Of a stretch of 46,540 nt of DNA, positions 25,893 to 35,155 are shown piece after piece (the stretch's first letter is position 1; each line of letters begins with the position of its first letter). The notes below the pieces were generated by a model that made no database searches, had not been told where the DNA came from, and saw only the letters and a program-made list of their open reading frames with translations. Source of the stretch: a virus (Duplodnaviria > Heunggongvirae > Uroviricota > Caudoviricetes); the IMG/VR virus record IMGVR_UViG_2645727604_000006; one strand, given 5' to 3'. The position numbers were made by a program, and so were the translations under genes.

Positions 25893-26356
25893 GCAGAGTA
25901 ACCGCGATTATCTCCGCTCTGGTTATCTGCATCATCGTCTGCCTGTCGTGGGCGGTCAATCATTACCGTGATAACGCCATCGCCTACAAAGAACAGCGTG
26001 ATAAAAAAGTCAGTGAGCTGAAGCAGGCGACCGCCACCATCGCTGACATGCAGCAGCGTCAGCGTGATGTTGCTGCGATCGATGCAAAATACACGAAGGA
26101 GTTAGCCGATGCGAAAACTGAAAATGAAACTCTGCGCGCTGATGTTGCCGCTGGTCGTAAGCGCCTGCGGGTCAATGCCAGTTGCTCCGCAGCCGTGCGT
26201 GAAGCCACCGGACCCACCAGCATGGATAATGCAACCAGCCCCCGACTGGCAGACACCGCTGAACGGGATTATTTCACCCTCAGAGAACGGTTGATGACGA
26301 TGCAGAAGCAACTGGAAGGGGCGCAGGAATATATCCGCACCCAGCGCATTAAGTAG
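25889..26356 (+). CDS. Rz: i-spanin Rz
   Basis: N-terminal transmembrane segment ([18 protein letters not shown]) then a coiled-coil periplasmic domain. The ATG at 25889 overlaps the endolysin stop. Confidence 0.8.
   Translation: MSRVTAIISALVICIIVCLSWAVNHYRDNAIAYKEQRDKKVSELKQATATIADMQQRQRDVAAIDAKYTKELADAKTENETLRADVAAGRKRLRVNASCSAAVREATGPTSMDNATSPRLADTAERDYFTLRERLMTMQKQLEGAQEYIRTQRIK
26109..26294 (+). CDS. Rz1: o-spanin Rz1, embedded in the +1 frame of Rz
   Basis: [16 protein letters not shown] lipobox followed by a proline-rich mature region, entirely inside Rz. Confidence 0.75.
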   Translation: MRKLKMKLCALMLPLVVSACGSMPVAPQPCVKPPDPPAWIMQPAPDWQTPLNGIISPSENG

Positions 26357-26377
26357 CTGGAGAAAAAACACGAATCT

Positions 26378-26740
26378 GTGGTTTTTACTGAGCGCGGTGT
26401 ACACGGTGGAACATATGGCGGGAAGTTTGTTGCTTATGATTATGCAGCATGGCTAAACCCCGGATTTAAATATGCAGCCTATAAAGTCCTGGATGACTAC
26501 TTCACCGGAGAACTTCAGCATCGCAACAGCTTAAGTGCGCAGCTCAATATGAAGTGTCATGAGTTTGATCAGAAAAAAGATATGGTGAGCTTCTGTGGAC
26601 AAGGGCTGGCGGCATGGCGCTATACGAAGCCAGTGTTGGTCGCTGAGATTAACTCCCTGGCTAACCAGCTGCAGATAACGATCCCCGGGCTGTCCGGTAT
26701 TTGCCGGTATGAAATTACCGGAAGGCGCGGTCGTTACTGA
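26378..26740 (+). CDS. KilA-N domain C-terminal fragment protein (possibly 5'-truncated remnant)
   Basis: ERGVHGGTYGGKFVAYDYAAWLNPGFKYAAYKVL matches the conserved end of the KilA-N domain (compare the gene at 20720), but the N-terminal half of the domain is missing. GTG start. Confidence 0.4.
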   Translation: MVFTERGVHGGTYGGKFVAYDYAAWLNPGFKYAAYKVLDDYFTGELQHRNSLSAQLNMKCHEFDQKKDMVSFCGQGLAAWRYTKPVLVAEINSLANQLQITIPGLSGICRYEITGRRGRY

Positions 26741-26959
26741 GTAAGAGCAGGCATTACAGCAGCCCTTCACTGAGGGGCTGCGATAATGTGAGGAATAAAA
26801 AACCGGCAGGGGAAATCCATTGAAGATTTGCCGGTGGCAAAAGATGGCCATGCTTTTAACCTTAGTAGCAGAGCTACGGAGTTCAACAACGACCGTCGCC
26901 GTTATCTTGCTGAAAGGCGTTTCAATGATTTTCATCAATTTATTCATCAGCAATGGTGA

Positions 26960-27060
26960 TAATCACTCTCATTTTGGCGGGTCCTTCCGGTGGGGTGGCC
27001 TGCCACGGGGCGGGAGCGTTGCGGAAAAAGGCTAGTTTTTGAAATTTCATCCGTCATCAC
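26960..27060. other. candidate cos region (cohesive-end site plus terminase binding region) upstream of the terminase small subunit gene
   Basis: GC-rich block GGCGGGTCCTTCCGGTGGGGTGGCCTGCCACGGGGCGGGAGCG followed by AT-rich, T-tract DNA, in the canonical position between the lysis genes and the terminase. No exact match to the lambda cosN 12-mer. Confidence 0.3.
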
Positions 27061-27193
27061 CACTACTGTAATGTATTGATATTACGGTGATTTTATTTTT
27101 ATGGTGTCGATTTTGATTGTTTTTTGTTCACCACTAACACCGTTTGCCTAAAGTTGTTCGCAAGATGCATGTTTAAAACATTCTGGAGCGGGT

Positions 27194-27688
27194 ATGGATC
27201 GAGAGTTAAAAAATCTGACGCTGAATATCAGTCAACTGGCGGCACTGTCAGGTGTACATCGCCAGACTGCTGCGGCAAGGCTGCAAAATCTACCCGTTGC
27301 AGGGGGGCATGAAAGCAACCTCAAGCTTTATCGGGTGGTTGATATTGTGTCGGCATTTCTGGCATTACCACCGCCGGTTGCAGAAGGCGAAATGGACGCG
27401 CATGAGCGCAAAGCCTGGTATCAGTCTGAACGTGAGCGTCTTAAGTTCGAACAGGAAACGGCACAACTCATTCCGGCCAGTGATGTCAGACGGGAGTTTG
27501 CCATCTGGGCAAAAGCGGTCGTGCAGGTGCTGGAGACATTACCGGATATTCTTGAACGTGACTGCGGTCTGCAGCCTGCCGCTGTGAGCCGTGTTCAGTC
27601 CATTATTGATGATCTGCGCGATCAGATAGCCCTGCGGGTGACTGAAGCAGGTGCGGATGATGAGGAGGAATTACAGCAGGAGGAGTAA
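27194..27688 (+). CDS. terminase small subunit (Nu1-like)
   Basis: N-terminal HTH-like LNISQLAALSGVHRQTAAARLQ, acidic C-terminus, immediately upstream of the large terminase gene. Confidence 0.6.
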   Translation: MDRELKNLTLNISQLAALSGVHRQTAAARLQNLPVAGGHESNLKLYRVVDIVSAFLALPPPVAEGEMDAHERKAWYQSERERLKFEQETAQLIPASDVRREFAIWAKAVVQVLETLPDILERDCGLQPAAVSRVQSIIDDLRDQIALRVTEAGADDEEELQQEE

Positions 27689-29790
27689 TGCTGAATCAGG
27701 AAACCGCAAAGGCAGCACGAACCGATTCAGGTTATATCCTTCGCGCACCGAGACGAATGCGGGTTGCTGATGCCGTTGCTCAGTATATGCGGGTGCCCAT
27801 GGGGGCCGGGAACTCAGTCCCGTGGGATCCGCTGGTGGCACCGTATGTTATTGAGCCGATGAACTGCCTGGCCTCGCGTGAATACGACGCAGTGATATTT
27901 GTTGGCCCGGCACGAACCGGCAAGACTATCGGCCTGATTGACGGCTGGGTGATTTACAACGTGATTTGCGATCCTGCTGATATGCTGATCATTCAGATGA
28001 CGGAGGAAAAAGCCCGCGAACACTCCAAAAAACGACTCGCCAGAACGTTTCGCGTCAGCCCGGAAGTGGTCAGTCGCCTGAGTCCGAACAAAAATGACAA
28101 CAACGTTTATGACAGAACATTCCTTGCTGGCAACTACCTGAAAATCGGCTGGCCGTCAGTCAATATCATGTCCTCATCAGATTATAAATGCGTCGCGCTG
28201 ACGGATTATGACCGTTTTCCGGAAGATATTGATGGCGAGGGGGATGCCTTCTCTCTTGCCTCAAAACGTACCACCACATTTATGTCCAGCGGTATGACGT
28301 TGGTGGAGAGTTCCCCCGGCAGGGATGTGAAGGATGTGAAATGGCGACGGACTTCACCGCATGAGGCTCCACCAACCACGGGGATCCTGTCGCTCTATAA
28401 CCGTGGTGATCGCCGTCGCTGGTACTGGCCCTGTCCACACTGTGGTGAGTATTTTCAGCCCTGCGGCGATGTGGTTGCTGGTTTCCGTGATATTGCCGAT
28501 CCCGTGCTGGCAAGTGAGGCGGCTTATATTCAGTGTCCTTCCTGTTCAGGACGGATTATGCCTGAACACAAACGTGAGCTGAACGGACGTGGGGTCTGGT
28601 TGCGGGATGGTGAATCCATCAATGCGGATGGCAGTCGTTATGGTGATCCCCGACGCTCACGTATTGCGTCATTCTGGATGGAGGGTCCGGCAGCTGCTTA
28701 CCAGACACTCTCGCAACTCGTTTACAAACTGCTTACTGCAGAACAGGAATACGAGACAACCGGAAGTGAAGAAACACTCAAGACGGTTATCAATACCGAC
28801 TGGGGATTACCTTATCTTCCCCGCGCCAGCATGGAGCAACGAAAAAGTGAACTGCTTGAGCAGCGGGCAGAGCCAGTTCCTTCCCGCAGTGTGCCGGATG
28901 GCGTTAATTTCCTTGTGGCGACAGTGGATGTGCAGGCGGGACGTCATCGCCGTTTTGTGGTTCAGGTAACGGGCTATGGCAGCCGTGGCGAACGCTGGAT
29001 TATTGATCGTTACAACATCACGCAGTCATTGCGCGGTGACAGCGACGGGGAGAGCCAGCGAATTGATCCGGCCAGCTATCCGGAAGACTGGGATGTCCTG
29101 CTGACGGATGTTTTTCATAAAAGCTGGCCGCTGGCCTCCGATCCTTCTCAACAAATGCGACTGATGGCAATGGCGGTGGACTCCGGCGGTGAAGACGGGG
29201 TCACTGATAATGCCTATAAATTCTGGCGTCGTTGCCGTCGTGATGGCCTTGGTAAACGTATTTACCTGTTTAAGGGCGACAGCATCCGGCGCGCAAAACT
29301 GATCACCCGTACATTCCCTGATAACACCGGACGAACGGGCCGACGGGCGCAGGCCGCAGGTGATGTGCCGCTCTGGCTTCTTCAGACGGATGCACTGAAA
29401 GACCGGGTGAATAACGCGTTATGGCGTGACTCGCCAGGTCCCGGCTATGTGCATTTCCCTGACTGGCTGGGGAGCTGGTTTTACGACGAACTGACGTATG
29501 AAGAGCGGAGCAGTGACGGGAAATGGAGTAAGCCGGGTCGCGGTGCCAACGAAGCTTTTGACCTGATGGTGTATGCCGAGGCTCTGGTCATTCTGCATGG
29601 ATACGAAAAGATCCGCTGGCCGGATGCACCGGAGTGGGCGAGCCGGGAAACCTGGCTGGAGTGTGTCCAGGACAGTACCGAACCGTCATCCTCACCGGAA
29701 CCGGTATCCACGCCTGTTAAAAAACAAAAACGGAAGAAAACAGTAACTGACGATGTTAACCCCTGGCTGACTTCCGGAGGATGGTTATGA
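27688..29790 (+). CDS. terminase large subunit (lambda gpA family)
   Basis: 700 aa; Walker A-like VGPARTGKT; zinc-finger-like CPHCGEYF...CPSC; position between Nu1-like and W-like genes. Confidence 0.85.
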   Translation: MLNQETAKAARTDSGYILRAPRRMRVADAVAQYMRVPMGAGNSVPWDPLVAPYVIEPMNCLASREYDAVIFVGPARTGKTIGLIDGWVIYNVICDPADMLIIQMTEEKAREHSKKRLARTFRVSPEVVSRLSPNKNDNNVYDRTFLAGNYLKIGWPSVNIMSSSDYKCVALTDYDRFPEDIDGEGDAFSLASKRTTTFMSSGMTLVESSPGRDVKDVKWRRTSPHEAPPTTGILSLYNRGDRRRWYWPCPHCGEYFQPCGDVVAGFRDIADPVLASEAAYIQCPSCSGRIMPEHKRELNGRGVWLRDGESINADGSRYGDPRRSRIASFWMEGPAAAYQTLSQLVYKLLTAEQEYETTGSEETLKTVINTDWGLPYLPRASMEQRKSELLEQRAEPVPSRSVPDGVNFLVATVDVQAGRHRRFVVQVTGYGSRGERWIIDRYNITQSLRGDSDGESQRIDPASYPEDWDVLLTDVFHKSWPLASDPSQQMRLMAMAVDSGGEDGVTDNAYKFWRRCRRDGLGKRIYLFKGDSIRRAKLITRTFPDNTGRTGRRAQAAGDVPLWLLQTDALKDRVNNALWRDSPGPGYVHFPDWLGSWFYDELTYEERSSDGKWSKPGRGANEAFDLMVYAEALVILHGYEKIRWPDAPEWASRETWLECVQDSTEPSSSPEPVSTPVKKQKRKKTVTDDVNPWLTSGGWL

Positions 29791-29999
29791 ACCAGAATGA
29801 TATCGAAGCCATGATTCAGCGTTATATGGAAGCTGAAATGGCGGTGCTGGACGGAAAATCCGTCACCTTTAATGGTCAGCAGATGACCATGGAAAACTTA
29901 TCTGAGATCCGGCAGGGACGGCAGGAGTGGGAGCGCCGCCTTGCGGCTCTGATTACACGACGACGGGGGCATCCCGGGTACCGGCTGGCGAGGTTCTGA
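29787..29999 (+). CDS. head-tail joining protein (lambda gpW-like)
   Basis: About 70 aa ending RRRGHPGYRLARF, between terminase and portal as in lambda. GGAGG lies 6 nt before the ATG at 29787. Confidence 0.6.
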   Translation: MNQNDIEAMIQRYMEAEMAVLDGKSVTFNGQQMTMENLSEIRQGRQEWERRLAALITRRRGHPGYRLARF

Positions 30000-31507
30000 T
30001 GGCAATTCTTGATGATGTGATTGGCGTTTTTTCACCTGGATGGAAAGCGGCAAGGCTGCGTTCCCGTGCGGTGATCCAGGCTTATGAAGCCGTAAAAACG
30101 ACGCGGACACACAAAGCCCGACGGGAGAACCGAACTGCCGACCAGCTAAGCCAGTACGGGGCCGTGTCGTTACGTGAGCAGGCCCGTTACCTTGATAACA
30201 ACCACGATCTGGTTATTGGTGTATTTGACAAGCTGGAAGAACGGGTGGTGGGGAAAAACGGGATTATTGTCGAGCCACATCCGGTATTACGCAATGGGGC
30301 CATTGCCCGTGATCTGGCAGCGGAGATTCGCACCCGATGGAGTGAATGGTCTGTCAGCCCGGAAGTCACCGGGCAGTTTACCCGTCCGATGCTGGAACGT
30401 CTGATGCTGCGTACCTGGCTGCGCGATGGTGAGGTGTTTGCCCAGATGGTTTCCGGGCGCATAAACAGCCTGACGCCTTCTGCCGGTGTTCATTTCTGGC
30501 TGGAGGCGCTCGAGCCAGACTTTATTCCCATGACCAGTGATGAGAGCAACAGGCTGAATCAGGGCGTGTTTGTTGATGACTGGGGGCGTCCCGAAAAATA
30601 TCTGGTGTATAAAAGCCGTCCCGTATCCGGACGGCAGATGGAAACCAAAGAAGTGGATGCAGAGCGAATGCTGCATCTTAAATTTGTTCGCCGTCTGCAC
30701 CAGATGCGCGGGACGTCTTTGTTGTCCGGTGTGCTGATCCGCCTCAGTGCCCTGAAAGATTATGAAGATTATGAGCTGACTGCAGCAAGGATCGCCGCTG
30801 CTCTGGGGATGTACATCCGCAAAGGCGACGGGCAGAGCTATGAACCGGATGGTAATGGCAGCAAGGATAAGGAACGCGAGCTTACCATTCAGCCAGGCAT
30901 TATTTACGACGATCTGAAACCCGGCGAAGAAATCGGAATGGTGAAGTCGGATCGCCCCAATCCTAACCTTGAAACTTTTCGTAATGGTCAGTTGCGTGCC
31001 GTGGCGGCGGGCAGTCGTCTGAGTTTTTCCAGTACAGCGCGCAACTATAACGGCACTTACAGCGCCCAGCGTCAGGAGCTGGTTGAATCTACTGATGGCT
31101 ACCTGATCCTGCAGGACTGGTTTATTGGTGCCGTCACCCGCCCGATGTATCGTGCCTGGCTGAAACAGGCTGTGGCATCCGGTGTTATCAGGCTACCCCG
31201 CGATCTTGACCGTTCTTCACTGTATACCGCGGTGTATTCCGGACCAGTGATGCCGTGGATTGACCCTGTTAAGGAGGCTGAGGCCTGGAAAATCCAGATT
31301 CGTGGTGGAGCGGCGACAGAATCAGACTGGGTACGTGCTGGTGGTCGTAATCCGGATGATGTCAAACGTCGGCGCAAGGCCGAAATTGATGAAAACCGCA
31401 AGCTGGATCTGGTATTTGATACCGATCCGGCCAGTGATAAAGGAGGCAGTAGTGCCGCAACGAAACGACAGGAGCCGCAGCACACCGACGACCAGTCCGA
31501 AGATTAA
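29999..31507 (+). CDS. portal protein (lambda gpB family)
   Basis: 502 aa from the ATG overlapping the W stop; lambda-type portal position and size. Confidence 0.8.
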   Translation: MAILDDVIGVFSPGWKAARLRSRAVIQAYEAVKTTRTHKARRENRTADQLSQYGAVSLREQARYLDNNHDLVIGVFDKLEERVVGKNGIIVEPHPVLRNGAIARDLAAEIRTRWSEWSVSPEVTGQFTRPMLERLMLRTWLRDGEVFAQMVSGRINSLTPSAGVHFWLEALEPDFIPMTSDESNRLNQGVFVDDWGRPEKYLVYKSRPVSGRQMETKEVDAERMLHLKFVRRLHQMRGTSLLSGVLIRLSALKDYEDYELTAARIAAALGMYIRKGDGQSYEPDGNGSKDKERELTIQPGIIYDDLKPGEEIGMVKSDRPNPNLETFRNGQLRAVAAGSRLSFSSTARNYNGTYSAQRQELVESTDGYLILQDWFIGAVTRPMYRAWLKQAVASGVIRLPRDLDRSSLYTAVYSGPVMPWIDPVKEAEAWKIQIRGGAATESDWVRAGGRNPDDVKRRRKAEIDENRKLDLVFDTDPASDKGGSSAATKRQEPQHTDDQSED

Positions 31508-33479
31508 TTCCTGGTTCAGGATGCAGGCTGGTCACCAGAGTGACGCGGATATTTATATTTATGACGAGATTGGTTTCTGGGGTGTTACAGCGAAGCAGTT
31601 TATCAGTGATCTGAATGCACTGGGCGATATCACCCACATTAATCTCCATATTAATTCACCGGGTGGCGATGTCTTTGAAGGCATCGCCATTTTTAATGCG
31701 CTGAAAACACATGGTGCGTCCATTACCGTTTATGTCGACGGTGTGGCGGCGTCAATGGCGTCGGTCATTGCGATGGTAGGAAACCCGGTCATTATGCCGG
31801 AAAACACCTTCATGATGATTCATAAACCATTTGGCTTTACGGGCGGTGATGCGGAGGACATGCGCACCTATGCCGACCTGCTCGATAAAGTTGAGGCGGT
31901 TCTGTTACCCGCTTATGCACAGAAAACCGGGAAAACCACCGATGAAATTGCTGCCATGCTGGCGGATGAGACCTGGATGTCCGGTGCCGAATGTCTGGCA
32001 CATGGATTTGCTGATCAGGTAACGCCAGCCGTTAAGGCAATGGCATGTATTCAGTCAAAACGTACAGAGGAATTTAAAAAGATGCCGGAATCCATTCGAA
32101 ACATGATTACTCCGCCACGCAACAGTGCTCCACGCGTACAGGATAATGAACCTGAAGCCTCCCGGACGCCAGTGCAGGCAGCAGCACCCGTGGTGGATGA
32201 AAACAGCATCCGTGCGCAGGTACTGGCAGAGCAAAAAGCGCGTGTAAACGGTATTAATGATCTGTTTGCCATGTTTGGCGGGCGTTATCAGACGCTGCAG
32301 GCTCAGTGTCTTGCCGATCCTGAATGTTCGCTGGAGCAGGCCCGCGAAAAGCTGTTGAACGAGATGGGGCGCGAGTCCACGCCATCCAATAAAAATACCC
32401 CGGCTCATATTTATGCCGGTAACGGTAATTTTGTGGGGGACGGGATCCGCCAGGCGCTGATGGCGCGTGCCGGATTTGAAAAAACCGAACGTGATAATGT
32501 CTACAACGGGATGACCCTGCGTGAATATGCCCGTATGTCACTGACTGAACGGGGTATTGGGGTTTCCAGTTATAACCCGATGCAGATGGTCGGTGCGGCG
32601 TTCACACACAGTACGTCTGACTTCGGTAATATTCTGCTGGATGTTGCGAACAAAGCCATTCTGCAGGGCTGGGAAGATGCCCCTGAAACCTATGAACAGT
32701 GGACGCGGAAAGGTCAGTTGTCTGATTTTAAAATTGCCCATCGTGTGGGTATGGGGGGCTTCAGTGCTCTGCGTCAGGTGCGTGAAGGGGCGGAATATAA
32801 ATACGTCACCACCGGAGATAAACAGGCCACTATTGCACTGGCGACCTATGGCGAGCTGTTCAGTATCACCCGTCAGGCCATTATCAATGATGATCTGAAT
32901 ATGCTGACCGATGTCCCGATGAAACTGGGCCGTGCGGCGAAATCCACTATTGCCGATCTGGTTTATGCCATTCTGACGTCTAACCCGAAAATCTCCACAG
33001 ATAATGTAAGTCTGTTCGATAAAGCGAAACATGCAAACGTACTGGAGAGCGCTGCAATGGACGTGGCATCGCTGGATAAAGCCCGCCAGTTGATGCGCGT
33101 TCAGAAAGAGGGGGAGCGTCATCTGAATATTCGTCCTGCGTTCGTACTGGTACCGACGGCGATGGAGTCTGTTGCTAACCAGGTCATTCGCTCCTCAAGT
33201 GTCAAGGGGGCTGACATTAACGCCGGTATTATTAACCCGGTGAAAGATTTTGCGACCGTTATTGCAGAGCCTCGTCTTGATGATAACAGCCAGACCACCT
33301 TCTACCTGGCTGCGTCAAAAGGCTCCGATACGATTGAAGTGGCTTATCTCAACGGTGTGGATACGCCATATATTGATCAGATGGAGGGCTTCAGTGTGGA
33401 TGGCGTGACAACGAAAGTGCGTATTGACGCCGGTGTCGCGCCAGTTGATCACCGCGGTCTGGTGAAATGTACGGCGTAA
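31452..33479 (+). CDS. head maturation protease (ClpP/S49-like) fused to major capsid protein
   Basis: The N-terminal part (IYIYDEIGFWGV...NSPGGDVFEGIAIFNALK...VDGVAASMASVIAMVG) is protease-like; the C-terminal roughly 400 aa is capsid-like. GTG start 5 nt after AGGAGG; alternative ATG at 31521. Confidence 0.7.
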   Translation: MPQRNDRSRSTPTTSPKINSWFRMQAGHQSDADIYIYDEIGFWGVTAKQFISDLNALGDITHINLHINSPGGDVFEGIAIFNALKTHGASITVYVDGVAASMASVIAMVGNPVIMPENTFMMIHKPFGFTGGDAEDMRTYADLLDKVEAVLLPAYAQKTGKTTDEIAAMLADETWMSGAECLAHGFADQVTPAVKAMACIQSKRTEEFKKMPESIRNMITPPRNSAPRVQDNEPEASRTPVQAAAPVVDENSIRAQVLAEQKARVNGINDLFAMFGGRYQTLQAQCLADPECSLEQAREKLLNEMGRESTPSNKNTPAHIYAGNGNFVGDGIRQALMARAGFEKTERDNVYNGMTLREYARMSLTERGIGVSSYNPMQMVGAAFTHSTSDFGNILLDVANKAILQGWEDAPETYEQWTRKGQLSDFKIAHRVGMGGFSALRQVREGAEYKYVTTGDKQATIALATYGELFSITRQAIINDDLNMLTDVPMKLGRAAKSTIADLVYAILTSNPKISTDNVSLFDKAKHANVLESAAMDVASLDKARQLMRVQKEGERHLNIRPAFVLVPTAMESVANQVIRSSSVKGADINAGIINPVKDFATVIAEPRLDDNSQTTFYLAASKGSDTIEVAYLNGVDTPYIDQMEGFSVDGVTTKVRIDAGVAPVDHRGLVKCTA

Positions 33480-33502
33480 ACGTCGCAGACAACAACTCTG
33501 AT

Positions 33503-33522
33503 GGCCCGTAAGGGCTTTTTTT
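33503..33522 (+). terminator. intrinsic terminator after the capsid gene
   Basis: GCCC-GTAA-GGGC (GNRA-type loop) followed by TTTTTTT. Confidence 0.45.
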
Positions 33523-33565
33523 GTACCTGAAATCAGCCCCTGAACGGGGCTGTGCGGAGACAGTT

Positions 33566-33889
33566 ATGGCAAAGAATTTTGTAGAAGAAGGAAAAACGGT
33601 GGCGATTGTTGCCAGTGCAGCCATCAGCAGCGGAGACCTGGTGCAGGTGGGTGATGTTTTTGCGGTGGCGCTGACCGATATTCCACAGGGTGAAACAGGC
33701 GACGGCCTGACCGAAGGTGTGTTTATGCTGCCTAAGCTGAAAACGGATGACATGAAAACGGGTAAGAAGGTTTATCTGAAGTCCGGAAAAGTTCAGCTGA
33801 CTAACAGCGGCTCTGATCCGCTGGTCGGGGTTGTCTGGGCAGATGCCGGAACCAGTGCAGAAGAAGTGCCGGTAAAACTCAATGTCTGA
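33566..33889 (+). CDS. small head-associated protein (decoration/FI-position)
   Basis: 108 aa from ATG 33566, after the capsid gene. Confidence 0.4.
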   Translation: MAKNFVEEGKTVAIVASAAISSGDLVQVGDVFAVALTDIPQGETGDGLTEGVFMLPKLKTDDMKTGKKVYLKSGKVQLTNSGSDPLVGVVWADAGTSAEEVPVKLNV

Positions 33890-34157
33890 TCCCTTTTCCC
33901 GGCTGGCAGCGCGTATGGATGCGATCACGGTCAGAAAGATGGGAAAGACAGCCTCGATTAATGATGTCGATATGACTGTGATCCCGGGAGAAACACTGGC
34001 AGAGCTGAATGCTCTGTCCGGACCTGCGGTCTCTCTGGTGGTGTTTTCTTCGGGATACCGCCCACGGCGCGGGGATCGCGTTGTTTATGACGGACAACAT
34101 TGGACGGTCACACGGCATGAACGCTTTAACGGTAAGCCAATGATCTTTATTGAGTAA
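33882..34157 (+). CDS. head-tail connector (lambda FII-like)
   Basis: The C-terminal RRGDRVVYDGQHWTVTRHE resembles lambda FII RRGDTLTIGEENFWVDR. Confidence 0.55.
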   Translation: MSDPFSRLAARMDAITVRKMGKTASINDVDMTVIPGETLAELNALSGPAVSLVVFSSGYRPRRGDRVVYDGQHWTVTRHERFNGKPMIFIE

Positions 34158-34168
34158 AGAGGTGTGGG

Positions 34169-34747
34169 ATGAAGGGGCTTGAGAATGCCATCCGCAATCT
34201 GAACAGCCTTGATACCCGTATGGTGCCACAGGCCAGCGCATGGGCGATAAACCGTGTGGCACAGAAAGCGGTCTCGGTTGCCACCCGGCAGGTTGCCGGG
34301 AATACCGTTGCGGGAGATAACCAAGTGAAAGGGATACCCCTGAAACTGGTACGTCAGCGTGTCCGGGTGTTTAAAGCCAGTCCGTCAGGAAAAATGACGG
34401 CCAGGATCCGCGTTAACCGGGGCAATCTGCCTGCCATTAAGCTGGGGACCGCCCGGGTCAGTCTGACCCGGCGTGGTGGAAAACTGCAGTACCGTGGCAG
34501 CGTGCTGAAGGTGGGTAAATATCTTTTCCGGGATGCGTTTATTCAGCAACTGGCGAATGGTCGCTGGCATGTGATGCGGCGTATTGATGGCAAAAATCGT
34601 TACCCCATTGATGTGGTGAAAATCCCTCTGTCCGGACCGCTGACACAGGCATTTGAAGATGCCCGCGACCGCATCATTGCTGCGGAAATGCCGAAACAGC
34701 TGGGGTATGCACTGAAACAACAACTGAGGTTATGGCTGACCCGATGA
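34169..34747 (+). CDS. minor tail protein Z-like
   Basis: 192 aa in the lambda Z position, with the family-typical basic composition. Confidence 0.6.
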   Translation: MKGLENAIRNLNSLDTRMVPQASAWAINRVAQKAVSVATRQVAGNTVAGDNQVKGIPLKLVRQRVRVFKASPSGKMTARIRVNRGNLPAIKLGTARVSLTRRGGKLQYRGSVLKVGKYLFRDAFIQQLANGRWHVMRRIDGKNRYPIDVVKIPLSGPLTQAFEDARDRIIAAEMPKQLGYALKQQLRLWLTR

Positions 34748-35145
34748 ACCGACATACACAAATCCGCCAGGTCGTACTGGCACGCCTTCGGGAACAGTGT
34801 GGAGACAGCGCCACGTTTTTTGACGGGCTTCCGGCATTTGTTGATGCGCAGGAACTGCCTGCCGTGGCGGTGTGGCTGAGTGATGCTCAGTACACCGGAA
34901 AAATGACGGATGAAGATGACTGGCAGGCTGTTCTGCATATTGCTGTCTTCATCCGGGCACAGGCACCGGATTCAGAGCTGGATATGTGGATGGAGAGCAC
35001 CATTTTCCCGGCTCTGAATGATATACCGGCACTTTCCGGACTCATCGACACCCTGATCCCTCTCGGTTTTAACTATCAACGTGATAATGAGATGGCCACC
35101 TGGGCGATGGCGGAAATCACGTACCAGATCACGTACACGAATTAA
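34732..35145 (+). CDS. tail terminator protein U-like
   Basis: 137 aa between the Z-like and V-like genes. Confidence 0.65.
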   Translation: MADPMNRHTQIRQVVLARLREQCGDSATFFDGLPAFVDAQELPAVAVWLSDAQYTGKMTDEDDWQAVLHIAVFIRAQAPDSELDMWMESTIFPALNDIPALSGLIDTLIPLGFNYQRDNEMATWAMAEITYQITYTN

Positions 35146-35155
35146 GGAGGTGGCA

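Noticed and set aside
26820-27035. 71-aa ORF with a hydrophobic stretch between the lysis and terminase genes (possible bor-like gene)
   Set aside because: Bor is a minus-strand lipoprotein with a lipobox; this + strand ORF has neither a lipobox nor a ribosome-binding site and overlaps the candidate cos region.
31260-31451. N-terminal extension of the protease-capsid ORF into the portal gene (track start 31260)
   Set aside because: It overlaps the portal 3' end by about 250 nt in another frame. Better starts with ribosome-binding sites exist at 31452 (GTG after AGGAGG) or 31521 (ATG).
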